Below are positions 31,568-43,407 of a stretch of DNA of 64,000 nt, piece after piece. This stretch comes from Schizochytrium sp. TIO01 (lineage: Eukaryota > Protista > Bigyra: Labyrinthulomycetes). Position 1 is the first letter of the stretch; each line of letters starts with the position of its first letter. The translations under genes were made by a program, and so were the position numbers. The stretch is from NCBI GenBank assembly GCA_004764695.1, contig SMSO01000037.1:4812747-4876746 (forward strand), written 5' to 3'. The notes under the pieces are model-generated. The model was not told where the DNA came from. It did no database searches and was given only the letters and a program-made list of their open reading frames with translations.

Positions 31568-34500
31568 GAGCTTGCGCTTTACAGCTTTGCGAGCTTTATT
31601 GCCAGTAGAGCTTTAAAAATATGAGACCTTGCTCCTGACAAATTGCTAACTCACGGATGATCAGAAATAGACTAAACTTAATCAACGATCCGTTCAGATT
31701 CACGTTCTAGCTGTGGAATTGTCGTAGGGTATCTTGGTTTCTAGAAAATACAAGAGGAGAATGACACGTTGTTGTGTAAAAGGGTAGCGCCAGAGCAGGG
31801 AGAGTGGGGTTGGCTAAACCGATGGAAAGAACTCTAGAGCTGCTCTCGCTTCGAGGCCTACCTGCCTCGAAGAGAAAGAAGAGCCAGCTGGAGAGTCGCT
31901 TCTCAACCAATTCAAAGAAACCTGCCAAAGCAGGAAACCCGCGGGGTTCGGGGCCGTCGGCGGGCTCAACGATTTGCAGAAACCGCGACTGCAGAAAGAG
32001 CAGAAAATACAGAAGCGGTTTTGTTCTGAAGAAAATTCAATCATACTACCAACTGTTCTGTACTTAGGTATGGTAAAAAAAAAAAAGAAAAAAGAAAAAA
32101 AGTACAGAAACTTTCTATTCAATGAAGGCACAGCTAACTCCTCGTTGATACATAAAAGCTCAAGAGAGCTCTTCCGGCACAGGGTGCAGTGCTCCTTCGT
32201 CTGGGTCATCACAATAATTGCAAATTTTGTCAAATGTCTCGGCAACCAGAGCAACTTTGAAAATAGAACAAACTCATGATAAACTAGCTTTAGAAAAAAC
32301 AAAGTTTAACTTTAAAAATAAAAACTGTTTCCATTACTCACTCTTATGAGTATTAACTAACGCGGGAAAGACAGAACAGACAAAACCAACAGCCTGAGAG
32401 ACTCGTAAGAGAAGGATCCAGCATTACATGAAACTTAGCTTCAAGCTGGTCACACGCATCATTCTCGTTATCTCTTTTAGATGGGCGTCAAATGTAAGAT
32501 ACCACGAAGCTGCACAGAGTTTATGAATGGTTGCTCTAATGATTGGCGACTTTGAATCGAATGCAGACAAGGAAACGAATCATGAAACCCCCGTTTTAAT
32601 TGCCTTCCTAATAGGCCGACTACCTAGCAACAGAACTACTAATGCTACACTGCATCCTACTAATTGATCCCTCAGCGTTCCTTTCGTTCTTTCTGTTGGC
32701 TGTTGGCCTCTGGAGGAAGTGTGGACACAGCGCTCTCAATTTCAGAAACCACCAACAACTTGAAGCATTGCTCTCAACCATTAAACCTCCTAACTTTGGA
32801 AAACTACTCGTGGCCTTTCGTTCTCAAACTTATTAGTGTTAGAGCTTCCTAGACATTGCGTAGAGTCTCGTTTCACGGAAATGCGGCTAGCCTTTACAAA
32901 AGTTATTTAGTAAACGCTATAAGTAGATAGTTTGGAACAAACTAGTTTAACTTGGATAGTTGGTTTTGCTTTCCGGGCATGCTTGCAAAGGTCCGCTTTT
33001 TCGCGTCTTTGTCCCCTTCCTTCTTTTTTCGAGGTGCGCACAGCTCCAAATCTAACATGGAGCGTAAAATGTAATGGTGTCTTAAAGCGGTGATGATTAT
33101 TATGGCTACAACATTTCTTTTGTGCAACGTAGCACTAGACAGTACCTAGTATATTGTAAAAAAACCACTATATCCACTATTTATCTAAAGTAGAGCACTC
33201 TCATCGCATCGATAAAGTGCTTATCCTTAGTTTCAGTTTTGCAAGGAAGTTGCTAGCAGTAGAGCATGGATATCCTGGGAGAGCAGTAAGGATTTATATA
33301 TCTACTTTTCAAAAGTTTCGACATGACTTTGAAAGAGATGGATTCTAATTATTATAAAATCATTCACTAATCCTGCAAAGGGTGTGACAACATAAAACGA
33401 AAGTGTCACTTTGAGGTATTGTCATCAGTTTGATAAACTCCAAACATGAAAGGAGCTCTGTTTTCCAGCAAACGCCATACATGACACGCCTAAAATATGC
33501 TAGTTTTCTGCGATCGAATGGGGATAAGATTTCATTCGTTGTGAACAGTAGCCGAATAACAACAGAGAGCAATTTTGCCCACCTCAACTGAACGATTCTA
33601 TTCTCAGAAAGGTAAGTTGTGGTTCCTCTCTATGCATTTAAAATCCGAGAAAGAGCGTTCCTAAGCTTAGTCTATCTTTAATTGCATTAATCCCTGTGGA
33701 TAATCTGATAAGTTAATCAGCGAAGTACTTTGTATGATTTCTGTATGTATCTAAACAGCGTATTGTTGGACTAGCTAATTTTGCCGAGTTCCCTCAATGG
33801 TAGTACAATTTTCTTATAACTGCATCTAATTATTTGCTAGATAGCAGCAAACCTTGCAGACATCTCACAGAAAAAAGGAACCGTTTTTGATATTTTTTTT
33901 TTAAATCATAGAGTTTTGTTTCCCACATGAATGTAATGCTGTTTGGACTAATCGGAAGGTCAGTAGGCAAGGCATAACCAGAGCCCTTGGCAGAATAATA
34001 GGTCCTGAACTATTATATATTGTATACGAGAAAGCTTGAGTAGCAGACACAAAGGTATGAGGCTAAGGTAACTCAAGAGTGAAAGTGCACTCCACAATTA
34101 AGTAAATATAAAAGGGCAAACCTGAGGTGGTACTTGAGGAAACAAGTTAACCAACCCCCCTGAATTTTATGTAAACAGATGGGGTGGGTTCTGCCTTAAT
34201 CTCCTAATTAGAATATGAGCTGGCCACTCTCTAGTTGTTCATCTCTACTCCAAGGTCAGCAGATCGCTAAATCTTAAAAGCTAAAGTTTGTCAAGCCTTC
34301 TTCAAGCCTTCCTCGAGCCTCTTGCCTTCATCTTTATAATCACTATCTATCTGACCAGAACCATCTATCAGCGTGTAGTTCCTGTGATATTATAACTAAC
34401 TAAAAAATGTTGTTCACCCTCGAACAACAATTGACTTACGCTTACTCTCCAAGAAAACCATCAAATTAATATAACCTTCACGTCTCAAAAGAGAGGAAAT

Positions 34501-37035
34501 CAAGTTTGCAAGCCTAGAAGCGTCATGTTCTACACATAAGCCAAGTCCAACTTGTTAGTGTTGCCTAATTGCAATAGCAGGTAACCTGAAAAGTACTGAG
34601 CTGTCTGTAGATACTGTACAACATAATTTTAAAAATCGTATTGTAGAGCCAAAGAGCAAGTGTTCATTGATCAGATGTGATGGGCGCGGTGAATTTCAAC
34701 TTCTGGGAGTTGGTCAAAATATCAAAAGAATAAAACCAGACGTGTCAACTTCATGGTAGCTGTATCAATAATCAATTCTGACTATCCACTTATGGTTGTA
34801 CTTAACGTGGTGACAACCAGTCTGAAAGAGAGTGATGTCTTCTCTGTCAAAGAATTGTTAGCCGCAAAGAATTAGCAAAGATTTGGGCTGCATGAAAAAT
34901 AAACCCGTGTCCCCAAGCTACTTGGAATACTTTCATACCGCTCATAGTCTGTGCGTATAGTCCAAGGTTTCATGGGCCCTGGAAAGAATAAGCGTTTCGC
35001 TGTTTTGTGGAGATGCAATTTTTATCTGACTCATTCTGGCGTCGCACTACTCCAAAGCAAAATGGCAATGCCTGGTACTTTAATTATCTCTTTAAAAGAC
35101 GTAGACGGCCTCACGGTGTGGAGAAGGTTGTCATTTGCTTTGGTCGTGACAATCATGCTTGCGTATACACTCAAGTTCAGGTGTCTTTTCCAAATACCTA
35201 GACTGGCCATCGCTCAAGACGGAAGGAGGGGGAGGTTTGAAATCCTTTGAGTGGCGACGACAGTTTTTGTTTTAGTGTACCTTTAAAGTTGCGCAAAGTT
35301 AGCGTGCCAGGCGTCTGTCTACTCACAGCAAAGTACACCATTTCTGATTTGCAAATCGCCGCAGCACCACTGCTCTGGCGTTTAACTCGCACACAAGTTC
35401 AAGAGACTCGCTTTCTGCTCCGCTCTGCATCTAAAACCTCACGGCTCGTCCTCATTGTACCTTATTGCCGCTCCGCTTTTAAAGGCGGTGTCAGTCCGTT
35501 GATGGGAGATGCACATTTCTCCATTGTAATAGATACGGCCATTCTGAGTAAACGATGTTGACGCTACTGAGTAGATCTCCAGCTTGTTGGAGCTCAAAGC
35601 ACCACAAATGCGGCTACAGCTTGATTGGCAGCGCAGGCAAGCATTGAATTGTTCTGTTTCTCTCCGAGACCTGCTGCAAAACCCAGCAAGCAAGTCTTTC
35701 GCCAAAGCTTTCTTTATTTCAAGTTGTGAGTCCCCCCTTCATAAACCTCTAGCTAGCTAGCATTACTACTACTAGAAGCTAAAAGTCAGATCTGATCATC
35801 ATACTAACCATCTTTAATCAAAATTTGAAAAATTAAAATTGTTAGCTAACAAAAAGAAAAAGGAAAAGATAGGGAGCTAAGAATCGAATAGTTTAATTTT
35901 AAAAAAAGGATTCGAAAAGAAGAAAGATCTCTCTCTATCTCTTAGCACTATAAACGCTATAGATTACTATTGCCTAGCATGCCCAGCTAGTAAAAATAGT
36001 AGTTAAGAGCTCCGGCCTAAAGATTGGGTCCTCTTCTTCTTCTTTTTGCTATTTAGGGGGTTGGAAAAGTTCTTTCCGTCTCGAAAATACTAGCGAGTAA
36101 GTACCTACTAGGAGGTGCTATTTAGTAGCTAGCTATGTATGACTATGATAAACAGGAAGGGGAGGTGAAGGAAGGTAAATAAGGAGGATGAAAGAGAGAA
36201 AGAGAGAATTGAAAGAACTCAGAAAAGAGAGAGAAACAAATCCAGATTGAAGTGCGGCGGACTTGCTTGCGCAGGACGGGTACGTTGCAAGGAAGAAGGC
36301 CTTGCACCCGCGGGGTGGGGTGCGGCGAAGAGAGAAGTCTGATGAGGACGCAGAGGGAAGTCTGGTCTGGAGGTCCTCGAGGCGAGCCAGTAGGTGGTCT
36401 TGCAAACTCGGGACAGACTTGGGTCCTCAGGCAACCAGGATATTCGTTCAATTGCGTGTTCAAACTTTCACTTTGTTTGTTATCTTTTCTCCTTTTCAAA
36501 TAAATCACTTTGGACTGGTAACCAACCTGTTTGGTAACCTTCTCCGAACACAAGGATTGAGGCTAGACATGAGCTTGCAGAAGCAAATGAGGGAGTAGAA
36601 GGCTTTCTGGGCCTGCGTGAAGGGAGGGGGCCTTTCCTGAAGACATTCATATTGGTTGAGGCTTGTTGGCTAACGTGTTTATGCACTTCTGTTGTTTTGG
36701 TTTGTTTAATTTGCTGGAGATGTTCACCTGGTTTTCGTGTTCAATCTTTGTGTCGAAATGTGGTGCATGTGGTAATCTTATCCTCGCCTATGTGGTGATG
36801 CTACATACGCCTTGATGCGATCGGGACTTGTTCGTCGGGAAATACAAACACGGCGCAAATTTCTCGGGTCACACGGGACGGTAGCTGGGCTTTCCCTCCG
36901 AAGGAACGCACTTTTTGCTCTTCATTTGTACCAATTCGAGCGATCGCAATCTTTCTGCACAAAATACACGTTGCGCAGAGAGCCAAGTGACTAGCAATAC
37001 CATAATAAAAGGCCTCAGTTTAAATCTTCGTCAAG

Positions 37036-38247
37036 ATGGGCAAGGAAATCTCGTTTGAGACTATTGAGCAAGGTCCACCCGATGCTATTTTGGGTGTGGT
37101 TGCGCGCTTTCGGGCTGATAAATCAGCAGATCGCGTCAACGTATCAGTAGGCGCCTACCGTGATGGCCAGGGCAAGCCTGTGGTTCTCAACGTTGTCCAC
37201 AAGGCGGAGAAAATGCTCATCGAGGACAAGACCCGCAATAAGGAGTACCTTCCCATTGCCGGTGACGGCGTCTTCTGCCAAGCTACAAAGGAATTCTGCT
37301 TTGGCAAAGATTCCAAGGCTGTCAAGGAAGACCGCATTGCGACGATTCAAGCCTTGTCTGGTACTGGTGCTCTTCGGGTTGGCGCAGAGTTCCTTAACAC
37401 GCACTTCCCAGGTACCAAGGTCTACATCCCCGACCCGACGTGGGGCAACCACTTTAAGATCTTTGGCAACGCTGGCCTCGAGACTGCCAAGTACACGTAC
37501 TTGGACACGGCTACCCGTGGTTTGGACTTTGATGGCCTCATGAAGGATCTTGGAGAGGCGCCTCCGGGTAGTGTTGTCATCCTGCATGTATGCGCTCATA
37601 ACCCGACTGGTGTGGACCCAACAGAAGAGCAGTGGCAGAAGATTGCCAACCTTTGTGCTGAGCGCCAGCTGATGCCCTTCTTTGACTCTGCTTACCAGGG
37701 CTTTGCCTCCGGTGATGTGGACAAGGACGCCTTTGCCGTACGTCTTTTCGAATCTCAAGGTCATCAGATGATGGTAGCCCAGTCTTACAGTAAGAACATG
37801 GGCCTTTACGGTGAACGGATTGGCGCCCTTAATGTGGTATGCCCTTCTGCTCAGGCTGCTGTTCGTGTTATTAGCCAGCTAGAGTTGGTTGCGCGTGCCA
37901 TGTACTCCAACCCTCCCAAGCACGGTGCTGCAATTGCAAGTCTCATCCTCACAGACCCGGAGCTTCATAAAGAGTGGCGTGTGGAGCTAAAGGCTATTGT
38001 TGATCGTATTCTTGACATGCGCAAGGGCCTGCGTGAAGCTCTCGAGGCTTCTGGTGCCCCTGGCGACTGGAGTTTCATTACCGAGCAAATCGGCATGTTC
38101 ACCTACACTGGTCTTAGCGCTGAACAGGTTGCCTCAATGGAGGAGAAATACCACATTTACATGCCCTCGAACGGTCGCATCAGTGTTGCCGGGCTTACTA
38201 GTGACAAGATCGACTACGTGGCAGAGGCTATCCGCTCAGTCCTTTAA
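37036..38247 (+). CDS. Aspartate aminotransferase (class I PLP-dependent), no targeting presequence
   Basis: PPDAILG, VGAYRD, EYLPIAG, QALSGTGALR, PTWGNH, HVCAHNPTGVD, FFDSAYQGFASG, SYSKNMGLYGERIG (PLP lysine), YSNPP, QIGMF, GRIS. An in-frame stop at 37021 fixes the start. Strong C/G-ending codon bias. Confidence 0.97.
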   Translation: MGKEISFETIEQGPPDAILGVVARFRADKSADRVNVSVGAYRDGQGKPVVLNVVHKAEKMLIEDKTRNKEYLPIAGDGVFCQATKEFCFGKDSKAVKEDRIATIQALSGTGALRVGAEFLNTHFPGTKVYIPDPTWGNHFKIFGNAGLETAKYTYLDTATRGLDFDGLMKDLGEAPPGSVVILHVCAHNPTGVDPTEEQWQKIANLCAERQLMPFFDSAYQGFASGDVDKDAFAVRLFESQGHQMMVAQSYSKNMGLYGERIGALNVVCPSAQAAVRVISQLELVARAMYSNPPKHGAAIASLILTDPELHKEWRVELKAIVDRILDMRKGLREALEASGAPGDWSFITEQIGMFTYTGLSAEQVASMEEKYHIYMPSNGRISVAGLTSDKIDYVAEAIRSVL

Positions 38248-39046
38248 GTAGAGATTTGTGCTTCTCTATCACATTGTCATTTCGCAATGTGTCAAGATTC
38301 TCTCACATCTCACGTAATAGTTGGTCGTGGAGTGGAGAAGATACTCTTTTGGGTTGTCAAAAAAATCTTACTCACCTTTCCTTTTCACAAGTTCCTTTTT
38401 AATGATACTAGGGTGGTTTTAGAAAGTTTTCGTCTCCTTTAATTTTTTAAGTCCAAACAACGCTCGCATGTTCGTTTTATTTCACAGCTAGCATCCTTTA
38501 CTATTTTACAGAGTATATATATATGATGAGAGATCTCTTCTCTTAAATGAGACTCATTTAAAAAAAAAAAACTTCTTGCGGTATTCTCAGTCAGTCTTGG
38601 AATTCTTTGTGGCAAAAGTGTCTAATACCATTCGAATATGAATATTTTACGATTTTTTTTCCATATTGCTATGTCAACGTGGGCAAATCGACAATTTCAT
38701 TGGCTAGTGGTCAACTCTATGAAATTCTTTAATTTGGGTAAAAATCCACTCCAAGCGTGAGATAAAGCTGTAGATGATAACACTAGCTATTGCTATGTTA
38801 ATGCAACCGTACGGTATTGTGGATAACATGTACGGTAATGAGGTTACTTGTACGATATTGCACAACGGACACATGAATAAGATGAGAGCTCCTTGATGAC
38901 TTCGCAGGAATAGTGAGCCGCCTTTCCTGTTGGTAATCCTTGCCATTGGTTGCTGGGCGTGGTGTCTGCGTCAACAGCGTAGCACAACTTATTTTTCGGC
39001 TGGGTACGTCTGAACGTGCAGCTCTTTTCGATTAGAGTGATTGAAA

Positions 39047-42000
39047 ATGGATGCTTCGCAGATCCAGCAAAACTCGGAGTTCAAAGCCACCTCAGAGCAG
39101 GAAGTGGTTGCTGAGCAGGAACAAGAAAAAGAACAAGATGACTCAACAGATTCGGCTGCTGCAGGGATTCTGATCCAACCAGAGCCTAGCTCGCTACAGT
39201 TCCAAGAGGAGGCTTTCGAGGAGAATGACATACAACAAAGCGTCAAGCTAGCAGGTTCGTCACAAAATTTCCAGAGGCACGGCCATGAGATAAAAGACAA
39301 TACAAAGATCATTAGTGCTGAAGACCACCTTGCATCAAATAACCAAATTAAGACAATAGACCTTAACGAACTGGATAGTAGCTCGATCGAGGGATTCAAC
39401 AAATCACAACAGGTACCAGTTTTCACACCAGATACGCGGCCAAGAACATCTGAAGGAGCAAAGAACCAGAACTCCGAGTTAGGGATTATCTCTAAATTTG
39501 ACAACTTAAATCTTGTACCAGGTTCTCAGGAGACACTTGCTGGTGATACTGATACTCTTGCCTCAGGTAGAGGAGACCAAACATCAGCGGAGACAACGAT
39601 TTTGGCAACAGAGGTTTCGGCAGGTAATGATGGTATGATGCAAGCTTCTCGTGGCGAATCTGGGGTCTTGAAGATATCAGTACCTGCAATGAAGCCAGAT
39701 GGTCGCAGCACAGCGCAGCATCGAGCAAGTCCACGTTATGGAAACAATCTTCGAGCTCCGCAGCACCCTGCGCCATCACCTATGAGCAAGCTAGCGCAAC
39801 GTATTAACAGACAGATGAGTGCAGACAGTGCTGATGATGAACAATCTACCTCCTCAGTGGCCATTTTGTCACGGGATGAACTCAAATCAAGAGATCGAAA
39901 TATTGATGAAGACGAGGTTCCATTAACGAGATGGGATGCTGATGCTGGACAGGAGCAACCGCAAAAGGTAGATCTGGAGAGGGATTCGCAGGTCGTACAT
40001 GATGACAAAGGGCTCCATCCTCCTGTCGGTAAGGATCCTTCAGCAGCCGCGACCTCTCCCCGAAAAACGAGTACAACAAATGCATACATGCTGACTCCAG
40101 TGAAAGAAAATGAACTTAAAATTCAAGATCAGTTACTTCACGAGCTGCATAGAGAATATAATAATCGAAAAGAAGAGATGGGAAACAACTCCAATGAAAT
40201 TAGCTCCGTTGCTGAGACTTTAGCTGATTTAGAGGTCCAGATTGCCAAATACAGAGAGGTTGAGTCGATGCTTGCGACGAATGGACGGGTGAGCCAGAAA
40301 CAAGCACAAGAGCTAGATCGTCTAAAACGCGCCGCTGATTCAAAATTGAGCTATGTAAAGACCCTCAAACATATGTGTGAAAGGTTAGAGCGAAACAAGC
40401 TGGTGCAGGACACACGCATTGAAGAGCTAAAACGCGCCAATATTGACCTAGAGAAGGAGCTTATTACACATAACATTAGTCTTCGCGAAGCTTTGAATAG
40501 TGAGCGTGTAGCAGAAGCTGATCTCGAGCGAGTTCGGCAGCAAACGACTCAAGAGGAAGCAGAGTGGCTGGATCGAGTAGAAGCACGACGCCAAATTATG
40601 CACGAAACTGAGGAAATTCTAGAATTTCGGGAGAAGCAACTAGCACAAAAAACTGCAATTATCGCCCAAGTCAAGGGGGACTTGGACGCAGAGGGTGAGC
40701 AGAATCTCCAGCGAAAGGTTGTCACCAATCGTTTACGACAAATTCGATTGCAACATGACATATCAAAGAAAACGGAGAGGATTGACGAGTACGAGCGAGC
40801 CTTCAAGCGTATTGTAGAAGCTACCGGGAACACCAGCATGGGTCAGATTGTAGAAAAGTTTATGTCCCAAGCAGATACGGTGGGAAATCTCAAGTCCATG
40901 ATTGCCGAGGCTGAGAAGAAAATTGTGAAACTTTCAGAAGATCGACATATTCATAAAAAGGAATCAGAGAGTATTCGTTTTGGCGGACTGGGGCATGCCA
41001 GCAAACAGCGCAAATTAATTGATGACAAAGAGGTTGAAATTGAGACTGCTGCAAAATTAAATAAGCACCTTTCTGAACGAACTGCCCTTCTACAAAATGT
41101 GATGCGCGGGATCAAGGATGGAGTAAATCATATTATCATGCAGCTTGACGAAGCACAGGTCCCTTCTGTTGCTAGTATGGTTACTCCACACACCGCTGAT
41201 GCAGATAGTATACTCCAACTAGGAAATAACAACTACATAGGCAGGGTCCCTTCACTTGCTGGAAACGCTAGCGTGGCAAGTTTGGCCACAATTGGACCAG
41301 GTAATAATAATATTGGAAGCAATAATAACAACGGTGGAGCCAGTGGCAATAACAATGCTAATAGCAAGGGTGTTGCAGGGCCTGGAGGCGGAAATTTGAC
41401 TGCAGGAGGCAATACCAATGCAAACGGTAATGCGGAAAGTGTGGCTGGGGAGCAAGGAGATCTGTATGGAGACGTCGATCCTGCAGACGAGAGTGGAACT
41501 GGCTTCAATCTCGGAACAGGAGCGGACTGTGACAATAACCCCCAGGCAAAACAGCCCAGTTCAGAAGATGTAGCCTGGTATCTTGAAGCACTTTCACAAT
41601 GTGAAAAGCGAATCGTCAAGGTGCTTGAAGGTCTTCCTGACAAAGGCTTACGAATTGATGATATCGATGATACTATGCTTGATACGATATGGAGAGGTCG
41701 ACTTGCAAGCAATCTTCGTTCTGAGCATGACTCTGGCAAGGGAAGTCAGCTACAAGGTAAGGGAGCACGAATTAAAAAGATGCTCCGCACAACTAAAAAG
41801 GGCGGTGCTAGCGATGCAAACAGTACTGGAGGAGGTGGCAATCCAAACGGGAACCAACATCCAAATCGTAAAAGCAAAATGCGACCAAATGGACTGTCAG
41901 CGTCAAAAGCTGCAGCAAAATATAAGACTCTTTTGGGGCAAGTGGAGAAGTTGCGTGCTCACGTCCATGAATCGAGTGTTCGTGCTCAGGAAGCACAACA

Positions 42001-42613
42001 GTACCTACAGGGTGTGAAGAAGGATGCTAATGCAACGCCAGATTTGCTCTTAAAAGCAGATGATAACGCACAAGTGGCAAGAGCTGATGCAGATCGTGCT
42101 CAGCGTGCGTTGAACAAAGCGTCAAATGACCTTGATGCACTTGAGGCAACACTCTCAAAGTCTTCTGGAGGCGGCCTTGATGGAAAGTCAGCTTTAAGTG
42201 GTGGAGAACTGGGATCATTAGTAAGCGACAGCGGCTCCGAGGAAGACGACGACAAGTCTGTTGAAGGTACCTTCGAGAAGCAGATCCCTATCATCGCAGA
42301 TAAAGAAGGCCGTGAGCTCATTAAAGCTGAGACCCGCCGAATTCTAAAATTTGCTGAGAAAAAACGAAAACGTGTTACTCGACTTCTTACTCAGCGAGGG
42401 TCTGGGTCATCTCTTATGGCCACTGGAGATGAGGAGGTGGGTACTCTTGAATCAGAGGTGGTCGAAGCTACAAAATTAGAAACACGTAGATTTTCAGTTC
42501 TTCGCCCTATGCATAGCTCTCGCCTTGCACTTGCAAAGGCGAATGCTATGCAGAGCTCCCGCGACAGTTTAATCAATATTCCCCAACCTACGCTGCAATC
42601 TATGCCCGAGTGA
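39047..42613 (+). CDS. Long coiled-coil protein, outer dynein arm docking complex (CCDC151/CCDC114, ODA-DC) family-like
   Basis: Extended heptad region with EYERAFKRIVEATGNTSMGQIVEKFMSQADT, resembling the ODA-DC motif (yEeaF.kI.eaTG...e.v.kF). Low-complexity N-terminus and an Asn/Gly-rich insert. First ATG is 39047. Confidence 0.62.
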   Translation: MDASQIQQNSEFKATSEQEVVAEQEQEKEQDDSTDSAAAGILIQPEPSSLQFQEEAFEENDIQQSVKLAGSSQNFQRHGHEIKDNTKIISAEDHLASNNQIKTIDLNELDSSSIEGFNKSQQVPVFTPDTRPRTSEGAKNQNSELGIISKFDNLNLVPGSQETLAGDTDTLASGRGDQTSAETTILATEVSAGNDGMMQASRGESGVLKISVPAMKPDGRSTAQHRASPRYGNNLRAPQHPAPSPMSKLAQRINRQMSADSADDEQSTSSVAILSRDELKSRDRNIDEDEVPLTRWDADAGQEQPQKVDLERDSQVVHDDKGLHPPVGKDPSAAATSPRKTSTTNAYMLTPVKENELKIQDQLLHELHREYNNRKEEMGNNSNEISSVAETLADLEVQIAKYREVESMLATNGRVSQKQAQELDRLKRAADSKLSYVKTLKHMCERLERNKLVQDTRIEELKRANIDLEKELITHNISLREALNSERVAEADLERVRQQTTQEEAEWLDRVEARRQIMHETEEILEFREKQLAQKTAIIAQVKGDLDAEGEQNLQRKVVTNRLRQIRLQHDISKKTERIDEYERAFKRIVEATGNTSMGQIVEKFMSQADTVGNLKSMIAEAEKKIVKLSEDRHIHKKESESIRFGGLGHASKQRKLIDDKEVEIETAAKLNKHLSERTALLQNVMRGIKDGVNHIIMQLDEAQVPSVASMVTPHTADADSILQLGNNNYIGRVPSLAGNASVASLATIGPGNNNIGSNNNNGGASGNNNANSKGVAGPGGGNLTAGGNTNANGNAESVAGEQGDLYGDVDPADESGTGFNLGTGADCDNNPQAKQPSSEDVAWYLEALSQCEKRIVKVLEGLPDKGLRIDDIDDTMLDTIWRGRLASNLRSEHDSGKGSQLQGKGARIKKMLRTTKKGGASDANSTGGGGNPNGNQHPNRKSKMRPNGLSASKAAAKYKTLLGQVEKLRAHVHESSVRAQEAQQYLQGVKKDANATPDLLLKADDNAQVARADADRAQRALNKASNDLDALEATLSKSSGGGLDGKSALSGGELGSLVSDSGSEEDDDKSVEGTFEKQIPIIADKEGRELIKAETRRILKFAEKKRKRVTRLLTQRGSGSSLMATGDEEVGTLESEVVEATKLETRRFSVLRPMHSSRLALAKANAMQSSRDSLINIPQPTLQSMPE

Positions 42614-43407
42614 GCTCCTTTCATTTGTGCGAATGATTTCGAGATTTGGTTTAAATCAACAGAAGTCATAATCGCACATGCCATAATCCCATTCTAAGCA
42701 GTGACGCGACGCTTTTCGCTTGAAGTATTCTTCCTTTCGAATCATGTCAAACATCTCTGCTTCTGGTGCTATTCCCCCCCTCCCCTTTCAAAAAGGGAAG
42801 ACATAGTAGGTACTACATCCATCTCTGTTCTAAATATATACGCAGTAATCTAATTTTTTCTAGCTTAGGCTGAACTAGTTTTGATTAAAGGATGGAGGAA
42901 ACCCCAAACTCTGAAAAAGAGAGGACCAGAGAGCAAAAAGAAGTTCATGACGACTCGTCTCTACCATAAATCACAAAAAGGCAAATATGAAAAGTCACAT
43001 TTAGTTTTAAAAAAAAAGGATTATACTACTACTAGCATGAGAAAAAGATATTACAATCAACAGACGGGACCATTCGGTGTTGAAGTTATTGAGTTGGTAC
43101 AATTCTTTGGCAGAGTTTGTGGGAAATACTTGAAAAACTTATAGAGTACGTGAGTGCATCTGCACTAAAAAAATAATTCGAGCGCTTATCTCCTCCATAA
43201 ATGGTTCAGACAGAAGACAACACGGCTGATACGCTGTAGAAAACGCACGGTCTACAAAGTTCGCAAATGCTTTCCCAGATCATATAATGTGGTAATATGA
43301 CATTGGATGCTTTAATTGTTCTTGTTTTTGGTAATGAAAAATATAAACATATTACAGATGTATGCTTACTCATTCCAACGGTATATCTCGCCCCCAAGAA
43401 TACACTT

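Noticed and set aside
31937-36316. Shared 11-mer ACCCGCGGGGT near both ends of the divergent spacer (31937 and 36306)
   Set aside because: Repeated 11-mers are expected by chance in 64 kb, and the flanks do not extend into LTRs or TIRs.
36339-36385. CTGATGAG followed by a GGAC/GTCC stem, resembling a hammerhead ribozyme core; GAGGGAAGTCTGG also resembles RNase P CR-I
   Set aside because: The required GAAA after stem II is absent (TCGAGG instead), and no RNase P CR-V partner occurs at a plausible distance.
37144-37764. 206-aa antisense ORF within the aminotransferase, and similar shadow ORFs in other genes
   Set aside because: Explained by the codon bias of the sense gene; no independent motifs.
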